Source of the DNA: Phoronis australis
Taxonomy: Eukaryota; Animalia; Phoronida
DNA length: 64,000 nt
Assembly (NCBI GenBank): GCA_002633005.1
Contig: NMRA01000049.1
Location: forward strand, 511,189 to 575,188
Direction of reading: 5' to 3'
Shown here: positions 12,695 to 23,579 of the stretch, piece by piece
How positions within the stretch are numbered: the stretch's first letter is position 1
Layout: every line of letters begins with the position of its first letter
Program-made: the position numbers and the translations under genes
The notes under the pieces: model-generated
The model's input: only the letters and a program-made list of their open reading frames with translations
Databases searched by the model: none
Told to the model about the DNA's origin: nothing

Positions 12695-14198
12695 CCGTAT
12701 TCGTCCGAATAAGCGCCCAGGGTGCTTAGAAAAATTCGTTTGGGGGGTGGGGGCGCTTATAGCCTAAGGTGGTTGAAACCCAGTCTCCAAAATGGGTGAA
12801 ATCGTAAGCTTTTTTAAAAGGATTCATCAAATTTATTCTCTGTGACGCACCTGTAACCTATGACAGACTTTCTACAGAATTGTAGCACATTGCTATCAAA
12901 CTTCATTGATAAATTTCGATCAAGTTTCAGAAAATCGTGCTGAAATCCCACGGCAAAAACTTACTGACTGATGTGGCCTAATGCCTTGTGATTGCCCATA
13001 GGTAATTTGAATTCTCAATAAAAATACAGTTTCGAATAAACAAATTACCTGAAGTCCTCATTAAGTTTTCAAAATAGCGTCCTTAAGATTTTTAACTGCA
13101 TATTCAGTCCAAGTCTACGCTATTTAGATCGTATGCCCCGCAACACAAGAAAAATCTTTGGACGAACACACTTTGTTGTCACGTGATGTTCAGTGACGTA
13201 AAGTTCATCCGCATCTGTGTGAGTGAGCGAGCGCGTGCGTCATGAGAGTTCATTTGCCAGAGTAAATGCGATGTAACGATCTAGGTGTGCATTGTAACTG
13301 AAGAAATTTACGCAAACAGCATCAAGCAGAACGTGTGTTATCTAGCACTTGTTGATCTTAGCTGCTTAAATACGTTCGAGAATTGTCTCATTAAAGCCGA
13401 TATTAAATGTCATTGAGTCGCCGGGTGACTGGATGCGTGACAGTCTAACAGTTATTTTCCAGGAGATTCGGGAGTGTAAGGGTGCAGGAGTGTTCAATAT
13501 CAGTGGGTCATTTGGACATTAAAAACACCAATTACGAATATTTAGTAATTCCTCCTAAAATAACGCATACGTTTTATACGGCATTAGAAACTTTTGGAAA
13601 TTAGTGCCAATATTTATTTCTTGCCAACTTTAATGCTATGTACCCGTTTCATGAAAAGATAGTTCTCGAAGACTAATGTCTTGGATGACATTGAGTACTT
13701 GTATGTAGCCTGCACTTCCTGGCTATGTGCTTTTAACAAAGGTCAAGTTTTTATTAGTCTTCGATTCGTGGTTTACATTGTGTACAAAGAAATTTGAATT
13801 CCTGTTGAGGGAGAAGATCTGTGTGGGAAAGATACAATACAATCCCTCTGACAAGTACGCTGTGTCCGTTCTGAAAGGCCAGACCATAATGGGACAAGTT
13901 CCTCACAAGATTAGCAGAACTTCTGCGTTCTTTTTGAAGCACAGCGGAAGTTTGAAGTTCCTAGTCACGGCCAAATACCGACATAGTGGCGAGGCTCGTC
14001 GTCTACAAATTCTGCGCACATTGATTTTTTCAGGACTGTCTGACCTTATTGATAAATTGAAGATGTTACTGTAGAATTTTAGAACTTAAGATATTTTACG
14101 CATGAACACGTTCATGGGCTGGGCGCTTACCGTTAGCGAAGTCTGAAAACGCGTGGGGGCTCTTATAGGGTCATGGGTGCTTATTAGGGCAAATACGG
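12695..14198. mobile_element. Non-autonomous TA-flanked DNA transposon (CCGTA TIR, Tc1/mariner-pogo-like), 1.5 kb, in a Shank intron
   Basis: Left TIR CCGTATTCGTCCGAATAAGCGCCC versus right (reverse complement) CCGTATTTGCCCTAATAAGCACCC, 20/24 matches. TA on both sides; subterminal GGGCGCTTA-type repeats. Confidence 0.88.
13761..14074 (+). pseudogene. Decayed stand-alone HIRAN-like domain gene inside the transposon
   Basis: Across two frameshifts and one stop it reads SIRGLH/VYKEI*IPVEGEDL.../NPSDKYAVSVLKGQTIMGQVPHKISRTSAFFLKHSGSL..VT...LQI...LIFSG...IDKLK. This fits the HIRAN pattern (E..N..D..AV.V...G.VP) as recognised by eye. Confidence 0.72.
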
Positions 14199-14310
14199 TA
14201 TTACAATTTGGTGACTAAATATTGTTGTTGCTTGGGAGAGAGCTTTATCAAAGCAGAGGTAGCTGTTGTGTGAAAATTGTATGATTTTGGGCACTTTCTG
14301 TTTCGTGTAG

Positions 14311-14400
14311 CACCAGCTCCACCCAAGAGAGACCCACGTACCAGTCTGTCTGTTGGTCGTGGGCGGGCAAGGTCGATGATTGACGGCTTAGCTCAACTGG
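14311..14400 (+). CDS. SHANK: Shank post-PDZ exon
   Basis: tcgtgtag|CA CCA...; encodes APAPPKRDPRTSLSVGRGRARSMIDGLAQL, matching the conserved Shank PPPPKR.P.T.L...R..SM block; donor G|gtaggt; phase 1-1. Confidence 0.93.
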
Positions 14401-14770
14401 GTAGGTCATCGAGGTCATTTGGTGTGTCTGCTACTCAGTTGCTTGCGACCTTTGCACTTCAAGCGAATGTTTAAGAATCATGGTAGATTGCAGCCTGTTT
14501 CGGATTGGGTAGAGTGAATGATGTCAGTTGATGCTGTTAGAATCTTTTTGTTTGTTTTTATCCAGGTTATGGTTTTAATGAATGAGTTACAGATTTCCCT
14601 GGTGATTGAGTTCTGTTAAGTTCTGGCGTGGTATTATTTTGGGTGCCATATTGCTTCGCATGATACGCTGTTGAATATTTCTTTACCTCTCTCTACCTTT
14701 CTCGTGTGAACTTGCTATTATGCGCTTGCACATTTACAACTACATTCAATTTCTTCTTTTTCCATATTGG

Positions 14771-14864
14771 CTGTGGTTTGACATAGCATTATGTATGATT
14801 GATTCACATATCAGTTGCCTGTGGTTTGACATAGCATTATGTATGATTGATTCACATATCAGTT
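14771..14864. repeat. 48-nt tandem duplication
   Basis: CTGTGGTTTGACATAGCATTATGTATGATTGATTCACATATCAGTT occurs twice. Confidence 0.93.
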
Positions 14865-15946
14865 TCCTTGAATATTGTTTCTGTTGAGGTTTATGGAATG
14901 TATTCTTGCATGACACGCCAAGGTTTCATCACCGTATGACTTAGTCCAGCCAGCTATACCAAGAAACAGCAGCTTGCCTTGCTTCCTTTGCAGTTGTTGG
15001 CTGTCTTGGATTACATTTTGCATGAAACTTACAGGTTTCTTCAAGATTTGACGTAACAGCCGTGACATGCGACTTCGTGTGAGGCTTCTGCAGTTTTTGC
15101 TTGCTTGAAATTTCCTTTGTGAGATTCAGACATGTTTGATACTAATACTGGTCATACCCGTTGTTGCCAGCTTTTTATAATGTATCTTTATTTATTTGTT
15201 AAGGCGGTAAGACATGGGACAAGGTGTTATGTTATTGTTGAATGTGTAATTTTCAGTTTCTGGGTTATGGATTAGCAACAATTCAGATTCAGTTGAAATG
15301 CTTTGTGTTGCGTTACATGCAGTGGGCTTGCGAACTGCTGGTACATAAGGTCATGTGAGACTTATGGAGAAGTCAGTTTTTAGCTTAATATCTACAAAAC
15401 TACATTATCTAACTATGTATATTAAGTAATTACCGAGTATCTGAAATTCAAATGCCTGTACAATTTAATTTCTTATTTTATATCAATGACCGTTAATCGG
15501 GGCAGGCCATGTCTGTGCTTTTGTTAAAATTTACCAAGAAAGAAAAAAAGGAAAAGTTTGTTGCTAAACAACGATATGAATAACTTAATCAAACTATTGT
15601 TTGATATAATGCTCAAGATGAAATCTCATAAATTATGTATTTGTTTTTGTTTTTTTGGCAACTTTTGATCTTTTCCAAATCCTAAGTCGCAATTTTTAAT
15701 GGCCCTTCACACCACAGCGTAACAATTTAAAAACCATTGCAATGCCATTTTGGATAAAGTACAGCACCTGAAAGTTTCAACGATATCCGATAATCTGTCA
15801 CTGAGATGCAAAGCTCCGAACTCGTCTAATCTTCAGACATTTCTCTGCAGTCTCACATATCCTTAAAACTAAATTAGGAGTCTATACTGTGACCTGTGCT
15901 CAATGGTCTGTCTGTCCAATCAAAATCGTTTATTATTTTGTTGTAG

Positions 15947-16187
15947 AGCAAACATTGGCTCACTACGACTCCGATGGACTGTCGCTACATAGCAGCAATT
16001 CGTACGAGAGTCTCAACAATACCGACAAGCACAAGACGGCGTCCATTCGCAGTCGTCCGAGCTCACAAAAGATCAGCACTCAGGAGTTGGAGGACCTGTT
16101 TGCTCGCCAGGGGTCATCCCAACACGCCACGACGGGTCAAACATATTCTCAGCGAGACAAACCCACGATAGCTGTTCCTGTTCCCAA
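15947..16187 (+). CDS. SHANK: Shank exon
   Basis: ttgttgtag|AG CAA...; encodes EQTLAHYD...KTASIRSRPSSQKISTQELEDLFARQG...PVP; donor AA|gtaaga; phases fit both neighbours. Confidence 0.9.
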
Positions 16188-16804
16188 GTAAGATAAACAA
16201 AGTCTTTGTTGCTCTTTTGAACCGAAGTAATATATAAGTTACGTGATAAAGATGAGCATTTCTTGTTTATGTATAGGTTTGTAAAAATTTCCAATTTCTG
16301 CCTTTTTGTGGTATAGTCTGACAATACTGTGTAAACCACTCTTTTTTGCAACATAGGCACTGTCATATAGTAGGCTCACACTCATTACACTTCAAAAGAA
16401 CTCTACTGTCTGTGGTGACATCTCTAGGATCAGAAATGAAGCAATGCATAGACACCACAGGTGCATGGAGGGTGAAGTCTAAGAAATTTCAACAACAATC
16501 GCAATGTAAATTCTTCTTGGAAGGTGCATTACATGCCCCTTTCAACTAGATGTGTTAGTTGGATTTCACTTTGTCATGAATTTTACTTTTTCGTTACCAT
16601 GATGGTTTACTTGTAAGGTAAAGTTGTCACAAAAACAACATGTGACTGTGGTAAAAAATAGGACATGACAATTTTGGCACTTATATTTTGCCCAAATTAG
16701 AGAGAATTTTTACGGTGCTTGCCTACATTAAAATTATCTTTATTTATACCATGCTTGCCTACGGTAAGTTAGTCCCAACTGAAGGACCATAATCTATTTT
16801 ACAG

Positions 16805-19800
16805 ATATGCCAGCCCTGCTCAGATGAGAGCTCAAAAGTACAAGCATAAGAGGAAGGCGGCCAACTCTCTTGGTGTGTCCAACTCTCTCAGCACTCCAAA
16901 CCTTGGCAATGTGGACGAGGTCTCCATTGACGACTCTGACTCTCTGTCTAGTCTCAGCACGGACAGGGGCATCGTGATCATGAACAATCCAAGTCAGACC
17001 AATGGTCGGCGCATCAGCCTGGACTCCCAGAACAGCTCAAGTTCTCAGATGAGCGACAATATCGTGATTCCACCCCCTCCCAGTTACCCACCACCCTTGC
17101 CCCCTAAGGAGGAGCCCACACGGGAAGTGATGCGGATACAGCCGGGAACTGATGCAGTCTATGCCAATGTCTCTCAAGAGGTGCTGCCAGTGGTCGAGTC
17201 AAGTTTCCGACCTGGTCGAGTGGCACAACTGCACACGCCTAAAACTGTGACGCAGGACCAAGTGATGGTGCATCAGAAGAACAACAGCTTCGATATGCGC
17301 TTGGCCCAGCATCAGCAACGCGACCAACAACAGATGTCTACGGAGCACATACGCACCACTTCATTGCCGGACCACACCAGAATTGTCACCGGCAATGTTC
17401 ACCAGATGGCAGCAAAGTTTGAGCATAATACGAATGCGTCGCGTGTCGTGGAGGATGAACGGCACACATTTCCTCAAGCAGCACATCCTGTTCAGTCGGG
17501 ACCCACTCCCTCTCTTCAGTTGGCAAAAGGTGTCACTTTTGCTGATGACAGGGTGTTTGAGAATGCTGCGCAGTTCATGAAGGAGCACCCAAACGCCACA
17601 ATGCTGGTAACAGCAGAGATAAATGTAGACAGTGTTGACAATACGAACAGACAAGCTAGCGTTAATGGACCTCCATCTGGTCAGTTTTTCACTCCTGCTC
17701 CTGACTACGATGAGCCATCGCCTGATTATGATAAAAGTCAAGAATTTGATATAGATGAGCTTCAGAAGCTCGTGTCCGAGAACAAAGCCATAACTGACAG
17801 CTGGGCAAAGGCTAGTGGTGTACACAGCAGTAGTACCAGCTCTGATCAGAGTAAGACACCATCCCCACTTGCCAGTAATGTAAATATACCGCGAGAATTG
17901 GGGAATAACCAAATTATGCCACCGCCACCAACGGAGCCCCCTCCAAGTGTTCCGGGCAAGTCATTTGTCAAGCATTCGAAGCCCACACCTCCACCACCAG
18001 TCAGGAAAAGTGCAGTTCTTCAGCGAAACGTCAGCGCTGAGTCGGCATCTAGCACGCAAAGCCAGGAGCAAAAGGAAACTTTGATTATCCCGAAGCCGCC
18101 GTCTTTCAGTCCACCTGTACCAAGAGGGAGTGTTCCAGTTGGAATGGAAGGATCCTTGCCAGCACCACCAGCTCCTCCGCCACCAAAGATAAACCATACT
18201 GTTGGTGCCAGGCAGAGTCAGTCGCTGCCTTCACCGCATATGGGAATGGGTGCAGTTAAGATGAAAATTGGCAGTGGCCAACAAACGCAGACCAATAGTG
18301 AAATTGAGAAGCCATCAAGCAACTCAGCTCTTCAAGATGCTTTGCAGACAGCTGTTGCTAAAAGACAACTGAAAAGTGTGACTCTTGAGGCACGTAGTAA
18401 AGAGAATGAGAAAGAGACCAATGCGCCGTTGTATGAGAACGATTTGTTGGCTGCTGTCGCCAAACGGCAGGCGCGTTTGAAGGACACTAGTGGCTCGATG
18501 GTGGTGCGTAATATGGAGAAGTCCATTGAAGAACGCAAGAAGCAGAATGCTGTGGTGGCTAGCAGCGATCCGGCTGCAGCTCTCGCGGCTGCAGTAGCCA
18601 AGAGGAGAAGCCTCATAGATTCCGGCGCCACAGATGGCCTCCATGAGAAGATCGAGAAGAACGTAGCCAAGAGCAGGAAGATAAGCACACGATTTGGCAA
18701 ACCTGTTGAACAAAATTCCACTAATGAAAAATTTGACAAGGATCAAACTTCGGGCACAAAAGAGGAGATAGAGAGTGACAAAACTGTTGATAATTGTGCC
18801 GTCAGTCCTAAGGGACAGTCAGAATCTCCTGTAAACACAATAAAAAAATCACCACCCGCTATTGTTGCTAAAACTGTGCATTCCCGTAGTAGTGCGCACT
18901 CAGATGGTAAATCGAAAGTGAGCGTGGTTGAGAAATCAAACACTAAACAAGATGTTTCCAAGTCTCACAGTGCTATAACTTCTGTACAGCAAGAAACATC
19001 TGCTGTTGAAAACGCTGTCGGCAAAATTTCACCTACTCATAAGAAAGTTGAAGTGAAATCGGGGCAAAGTACTTCGCCTGACAAAAGTAGCAAATCAGAC
19101 GGCAAGGCTGGTTTTACTGCCAAGGCCAGTGAAAAGCTGGAATGGTTGAAACAACGCAGATTGTCGCAAACACCCGATAGAGCAGATGTTGAAAAAGCAA
19201 AGGCTGAAATTTCAAAGAATGGTAACCTTGAAACAAACGGTGATCAAAAGAAATCATCAGTTGAAAAGCAAATTTCTGTTGAGATAAAGGGTGCAACCAC
19301 GGATCAATCGTCGACGGATTCGTCAAGTGTGCGGAACACGGCGGATGAGTTGGCTAACATGCTGAATAGTGTTAACAGTAAAATAAGTCAGTTGTCGCCA
19401 AAATCTAGTGACAAAATCAAAACAAATGACAGCGCCAAACAAAATGAAAATGGCATAGCTGTTAAAGATAAAACGCGTGTTAAAACGGAAGCTAATGTTA
19501 GGGAAAAATCACCGCCGAAATTGAAAAATGCTTGTGTGGCGATTCCACCTCCTCTTGGTTTGTTTGATGATCCAACCATGGTCGAAACGAATATTGACGA
19601 GGATGTGGATGTTGACTTGCTTCCTCCTCCACCCCCTGACTTTGTCGCCGACGGTTCAGACTCTGCGTCTCACAGAGCAATCACCGACGCTCTTCCCCCA
19701 CCTCCTCCCTTGGCATTCTCCCACAATGCTTTTCTTCAGTCCAATGACGATGCTGTTAGCCTGATGTCGGCTGTGTCTACGCTGTCTACATTATCCAGTG

Positions 19801-20384
19801 ACATGGGAGGTAATGAGCAAGGGCAACAAACGTTACCGTTGCACGAATACTCCTCCGTGGATTTGTTCTGTGCTGACAAGTCGGACAAATACAAACCACT
19901 GGCAAATGTACCGCCTCCACCTCCGGCAGAGTTCGGAGATGATAATCCCAGCATCTCATCTGGTTATGGTAGTGTTATTATGAGCGACGCTGAACATTTC
20001 TATGAAGAACTGGGGTGTCGTGAGGTCCTACCTCCACCGCCAAGTTTTGACGCTCCCTGGGCACCGTCCAAACAGAACTTGAAAACTGTCATTCATGTCG
20101 GGGAGGATAAATCTGAGATCATTTCATCACCGTCTGTTGAAAAATCACAACAGATGACGTTTAAAAATAAAGCGATTCATCACTGGACTTGTTGCGATGT
20201 TGGTGATTGGTTGGACAGTTTGAACTTGTCTGAATATAAGGCGGCATTTGTGGAGAATATGATAGACGGGGAAAATCTGTCCAAGCTGACGCGCGATGAG
20301 TATTGTGAGCTTGGAGTGACGAGATTAGGCCACCGAATGAACATGGAACGTGCAATAAAACAATACCAAGGTGTGAGATTATGA
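16805..20384 (+). CDS. SHANK: Shank terminal coding exon: proline-rich region plus C-terminal SAM domain
   Basis: ttttacag|A TAT GCC... runs into the 1186-aa ORF. Contains several PPxxF motifs, an SAVSTLSTLSSD block resembling the vertebrate Shank serine-rich block, and the SAM domain W...DVGDWLDSLNLSEYK..F....IDG..L..L.......LGVTRLGHRMNMERAIK. Stop TGA. Confidence 0.96.
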
Positions 20385-20503
20385 GAGTTGTGCCTGGCTA
20401 AAGTACATCTGGAATACATGTGCGTAGTTCTAAGACACTGAATCAGTCCATTGTACGGTACAACACAAAAGTAATCAGACAAAATACGGTTTCCCCTTCA
20501 TTA

Positions 20504-21581
20504 TTATGCGCCCACATATTTATATGTGGACGCATTATGCCGTCATCTCTGTCCGTCCGTCCGTCCGTCCGGGCGGCGTCCGTCCGGCGTCCGGCGTTCG
20601 CTGCTCTATCTCCAAAACCCTTTGACATACGTTCATGAAATTTGGCACATATGTTCCATTCATGAATGGGACGGCATGTGCGAACTTTCGGACGGATCCG
20701 ACTACCGGTGTGCCCCCTAGTGGCAATTTTAGTTTTTTACGCTTACCTTTGTATCTTCAAAAGTATTGAACGGATTTTCATGAAATTTGGTATGTAGGCA
20801 CCTATTAGTGAGATGACGCTATCCTACTGTTTTCAGATGGATTCGACGTAGTTTGCGCCACCTAGTGGCCATTTTTACTGTTTTCGAGTCTGTATTTTTG
20901 CGTCCACCCCTCTATCAACCAAACCGCTCAAAGGATGATTGTGAAAATTGGCGTGTATGTGCTTACTATAAGGAAGACAGCTGACAATGATTTTCAGACG
21001 ATTTGGACTACTGTGGCGCCTCCTAGTGGCAGTTTTGTTTTTTTGCGCCCATGGCTGTATCTCCCAAACCGTTTGCAGGATCTTTACTAAATTTAGCAAG
21101 TGTATTTATGTGATGTTGACAACGGACGATGACGACTTTAGGATGATTCTGATTACCGGTATGCCTCTAGTGGCAATTTTAGTATTTGCCTCTAGTGGCA
21201 ATTTTAGTATTTTACATTGACCTCTGTATTTTCATAGGTCTTTAGGTGTATACTTTGTGTTACTTCGTGACTGTGAAGGAAAAGTTCCAAGTAGAAATTT
21301 GTTTCTGGCATTCTAATGCTGTGCTAATCTCGTATGTTGGTAAATTTGTTTTTAATTCTATGTTTCTGTGGTGCTTTAAGCAACTGGTGTATAGGATGTG
21401 CTTGTATTATGAAGATTACTCACATTTTGCCCCTAGCCTATTGAGGAGACAATGACCATGCCTTTCCATTTTGCAAAGTATGCCCTCTACTGGCCACTTT
21501 ATGGTACCAATAAACAACCCTAGAAGGATACCGTATGCGGTGCAATTGTGGGCGCATTTCAACGCTCCGCGTTGCTCTTGT
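20504..21581 (+). mobile_element. Helentron-associated (HINE/DINE-1-like) element, copy B, just downstream of the Shank stop codon
   Basis: 5' ATGCGCCCACA and its inverse TGTGGGCGCAT near the 3' end; 5' hairpin CCACATA-ttta-TATGTGG; (GTCC)n; 3' stem-loop CAACGC-tcc-GCGTTG; internal units of about 150 nt. Confidence 0.8.
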
Positions 21582-23520
21582 GGTTAATTCTGTTAACAGC
21601 AAATTGGTAATAACTGTTATGACAGTGTAGTTCTAATTACAGAATGGCTTATCCACCTTGCTAATTTTCCCATTAATCCCTAGTCATTCTCAATGTAGAA
21701 GAAAGATTGTAACAATGTATTCGATTTCCGCCCAGCCGCCATTACAGGGAATTCTGGGTTCATAGTTCTGGCTTGTACTATTCCTGTGCATTGTTATCAA
21801 ATACTGACACTATCGTTTCTGTGATACTTTGAAGTAAAAACTTATTTTATTTTCTGCTTGTGACCTTATTCAAAAATTTCAAACAGTTTAAGCAAGGTTT
21901 CCTTCTTGAGTTTGACCATAGCTTGAATAAAAAGCGTACCTCTCCGGTAAGTGGTGGGGTACAGGTCAAAGCTAACTAATCTTGGCCTGATCCTATTTTT
22001 AATTCTTTTTCTTGACCAATGAATGCAGTATTTGTTTCAGTCAGTTATATTCTCATCACATATTTGAGATTTCAGACATGGTTATGTATCTGATAACATT
22101 TCAATCTGCAATTAGGAAGAAAAAGTGGAGTTGACGGGTGATTTTGTACACTCTCCAGTGTAAGCCGGGACTAACTACTGTTTGGTAGATTATGTTGTGT
22201 AAGGGTCTACTTTGGTCTTAATTCATCGATAGGTATTGCATGATGTGTTTCTCCTGAAGTATTATTTTGATAGCATTTGTGTGCAATGATCAGGCAATTA
22301 TAATTATATGTTAATTATAATATTCATTATTGTTATCCCATTATTGTTAATTATCGTGTTACTGTGGAGAAAGGGAACAAGTGGAATTATTGGCAAGGAA
22401 AGTGTTCGTTCCATGGATCAGGGAAGCGAAATAATTCTTCAGTATTGATTGAAAAATTTCACTTCCAACTCTTGCACCATTCTGCCCGTCACCAAATAGG
22501 TGCTGTGGAACTATTTTCTTTGTTCAAATAATAAATTACTTAGTGGGGTATACCATGTTGGCCTGTGTGGCAGCTCTGTGGAGTGAAATTAGAAACTATT
22601 GTCTTTAAACACTTTCTAGGGTATTGGAACAATTATCAACACCCGTTCTTGGGCATTACAATCTCTGGTTACATTTTCGACTCAATGAGCGATGAGCTTG
22701 CAACTGTTTTTCCCGTGACGGAGTTGCCTTGATCACGCTAAAATTGCGAGTGCTCCGGTCAATCTTTATGAAGACCAATGTAGTCCGCTAAAACTAACAT
22801 TACTGCTTTGTGTATTATAATTGAACAAGCATCATGCAGTATTACAGGAGCGTTGTTGTCGAGCCAAGTGCCTGTACCAAACAACCAATGAAATCACTGG
22901 TATTGGATACAAAAATGTGTGGAGCGTACTAGTATCCTGATAAACCAAAAATCTCGACTGCCGCATACGAGTAATCCAGACTTGATTACTTTTTGTTGCT
23001 TGAATGCTGCATGTTTTGTGCATATTGTACATGTGTGCAAACCTTGAACTTTATTTTCTATAGATTATTGTTTGCCTTTGGACATTGATCTGCCTTTTTG
23101 CTGAAGGAAAATGTTTTTTACTCGTTTGTGAGATGGTGCAAAAGGTTGTCTACAGTCATGTAGCAGAAGTTATGGCATGGAGTTTGTTTTGATGCATGGC
23201 AAGAGTTGTTTTCTAGCTGGGAGTGTTAAATTGTGATTCGTATTGTTATTGTTCTATTTATTATCATCACCATGGAAACGTCTTCTTAAATACGGCATAT
23301 TTTTAATGGTGGAATACAATGTTTTGTTATCCAGTTGAGCTTGTTTTGAATTGAATTTGTTAAGTAACAGTGTCAGTTTAATTGAAAGAATTTCTCATTG
23401 AGATAAAAGGACACTCGCTCTCATCTGAAAAGCTGGGACAAAAATCTTCATCTGTGAAGGCCATGCTGAGGTGCTGTCGGTTCTTGTAATAGAGATCAAT
23501 GTGCAACAAGCCTGAACAAA

Positions 23521-23548
23521 TACATGCATACATACATACATACATACA

Positions 23549-23577
<29 letters not shown>
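23521..23577. repeat. (TACA)n microsatellite
   Basis: Read directly. Confidence 0.97.

Positions 23578-23579
<2 letters not shown>

Noticed and set aside
17361-20482. Several antisense and alternate-frame ORFs of 60-183 aa
   Set aside because: They are shadows of the long Shank exon and show no independent protein features.
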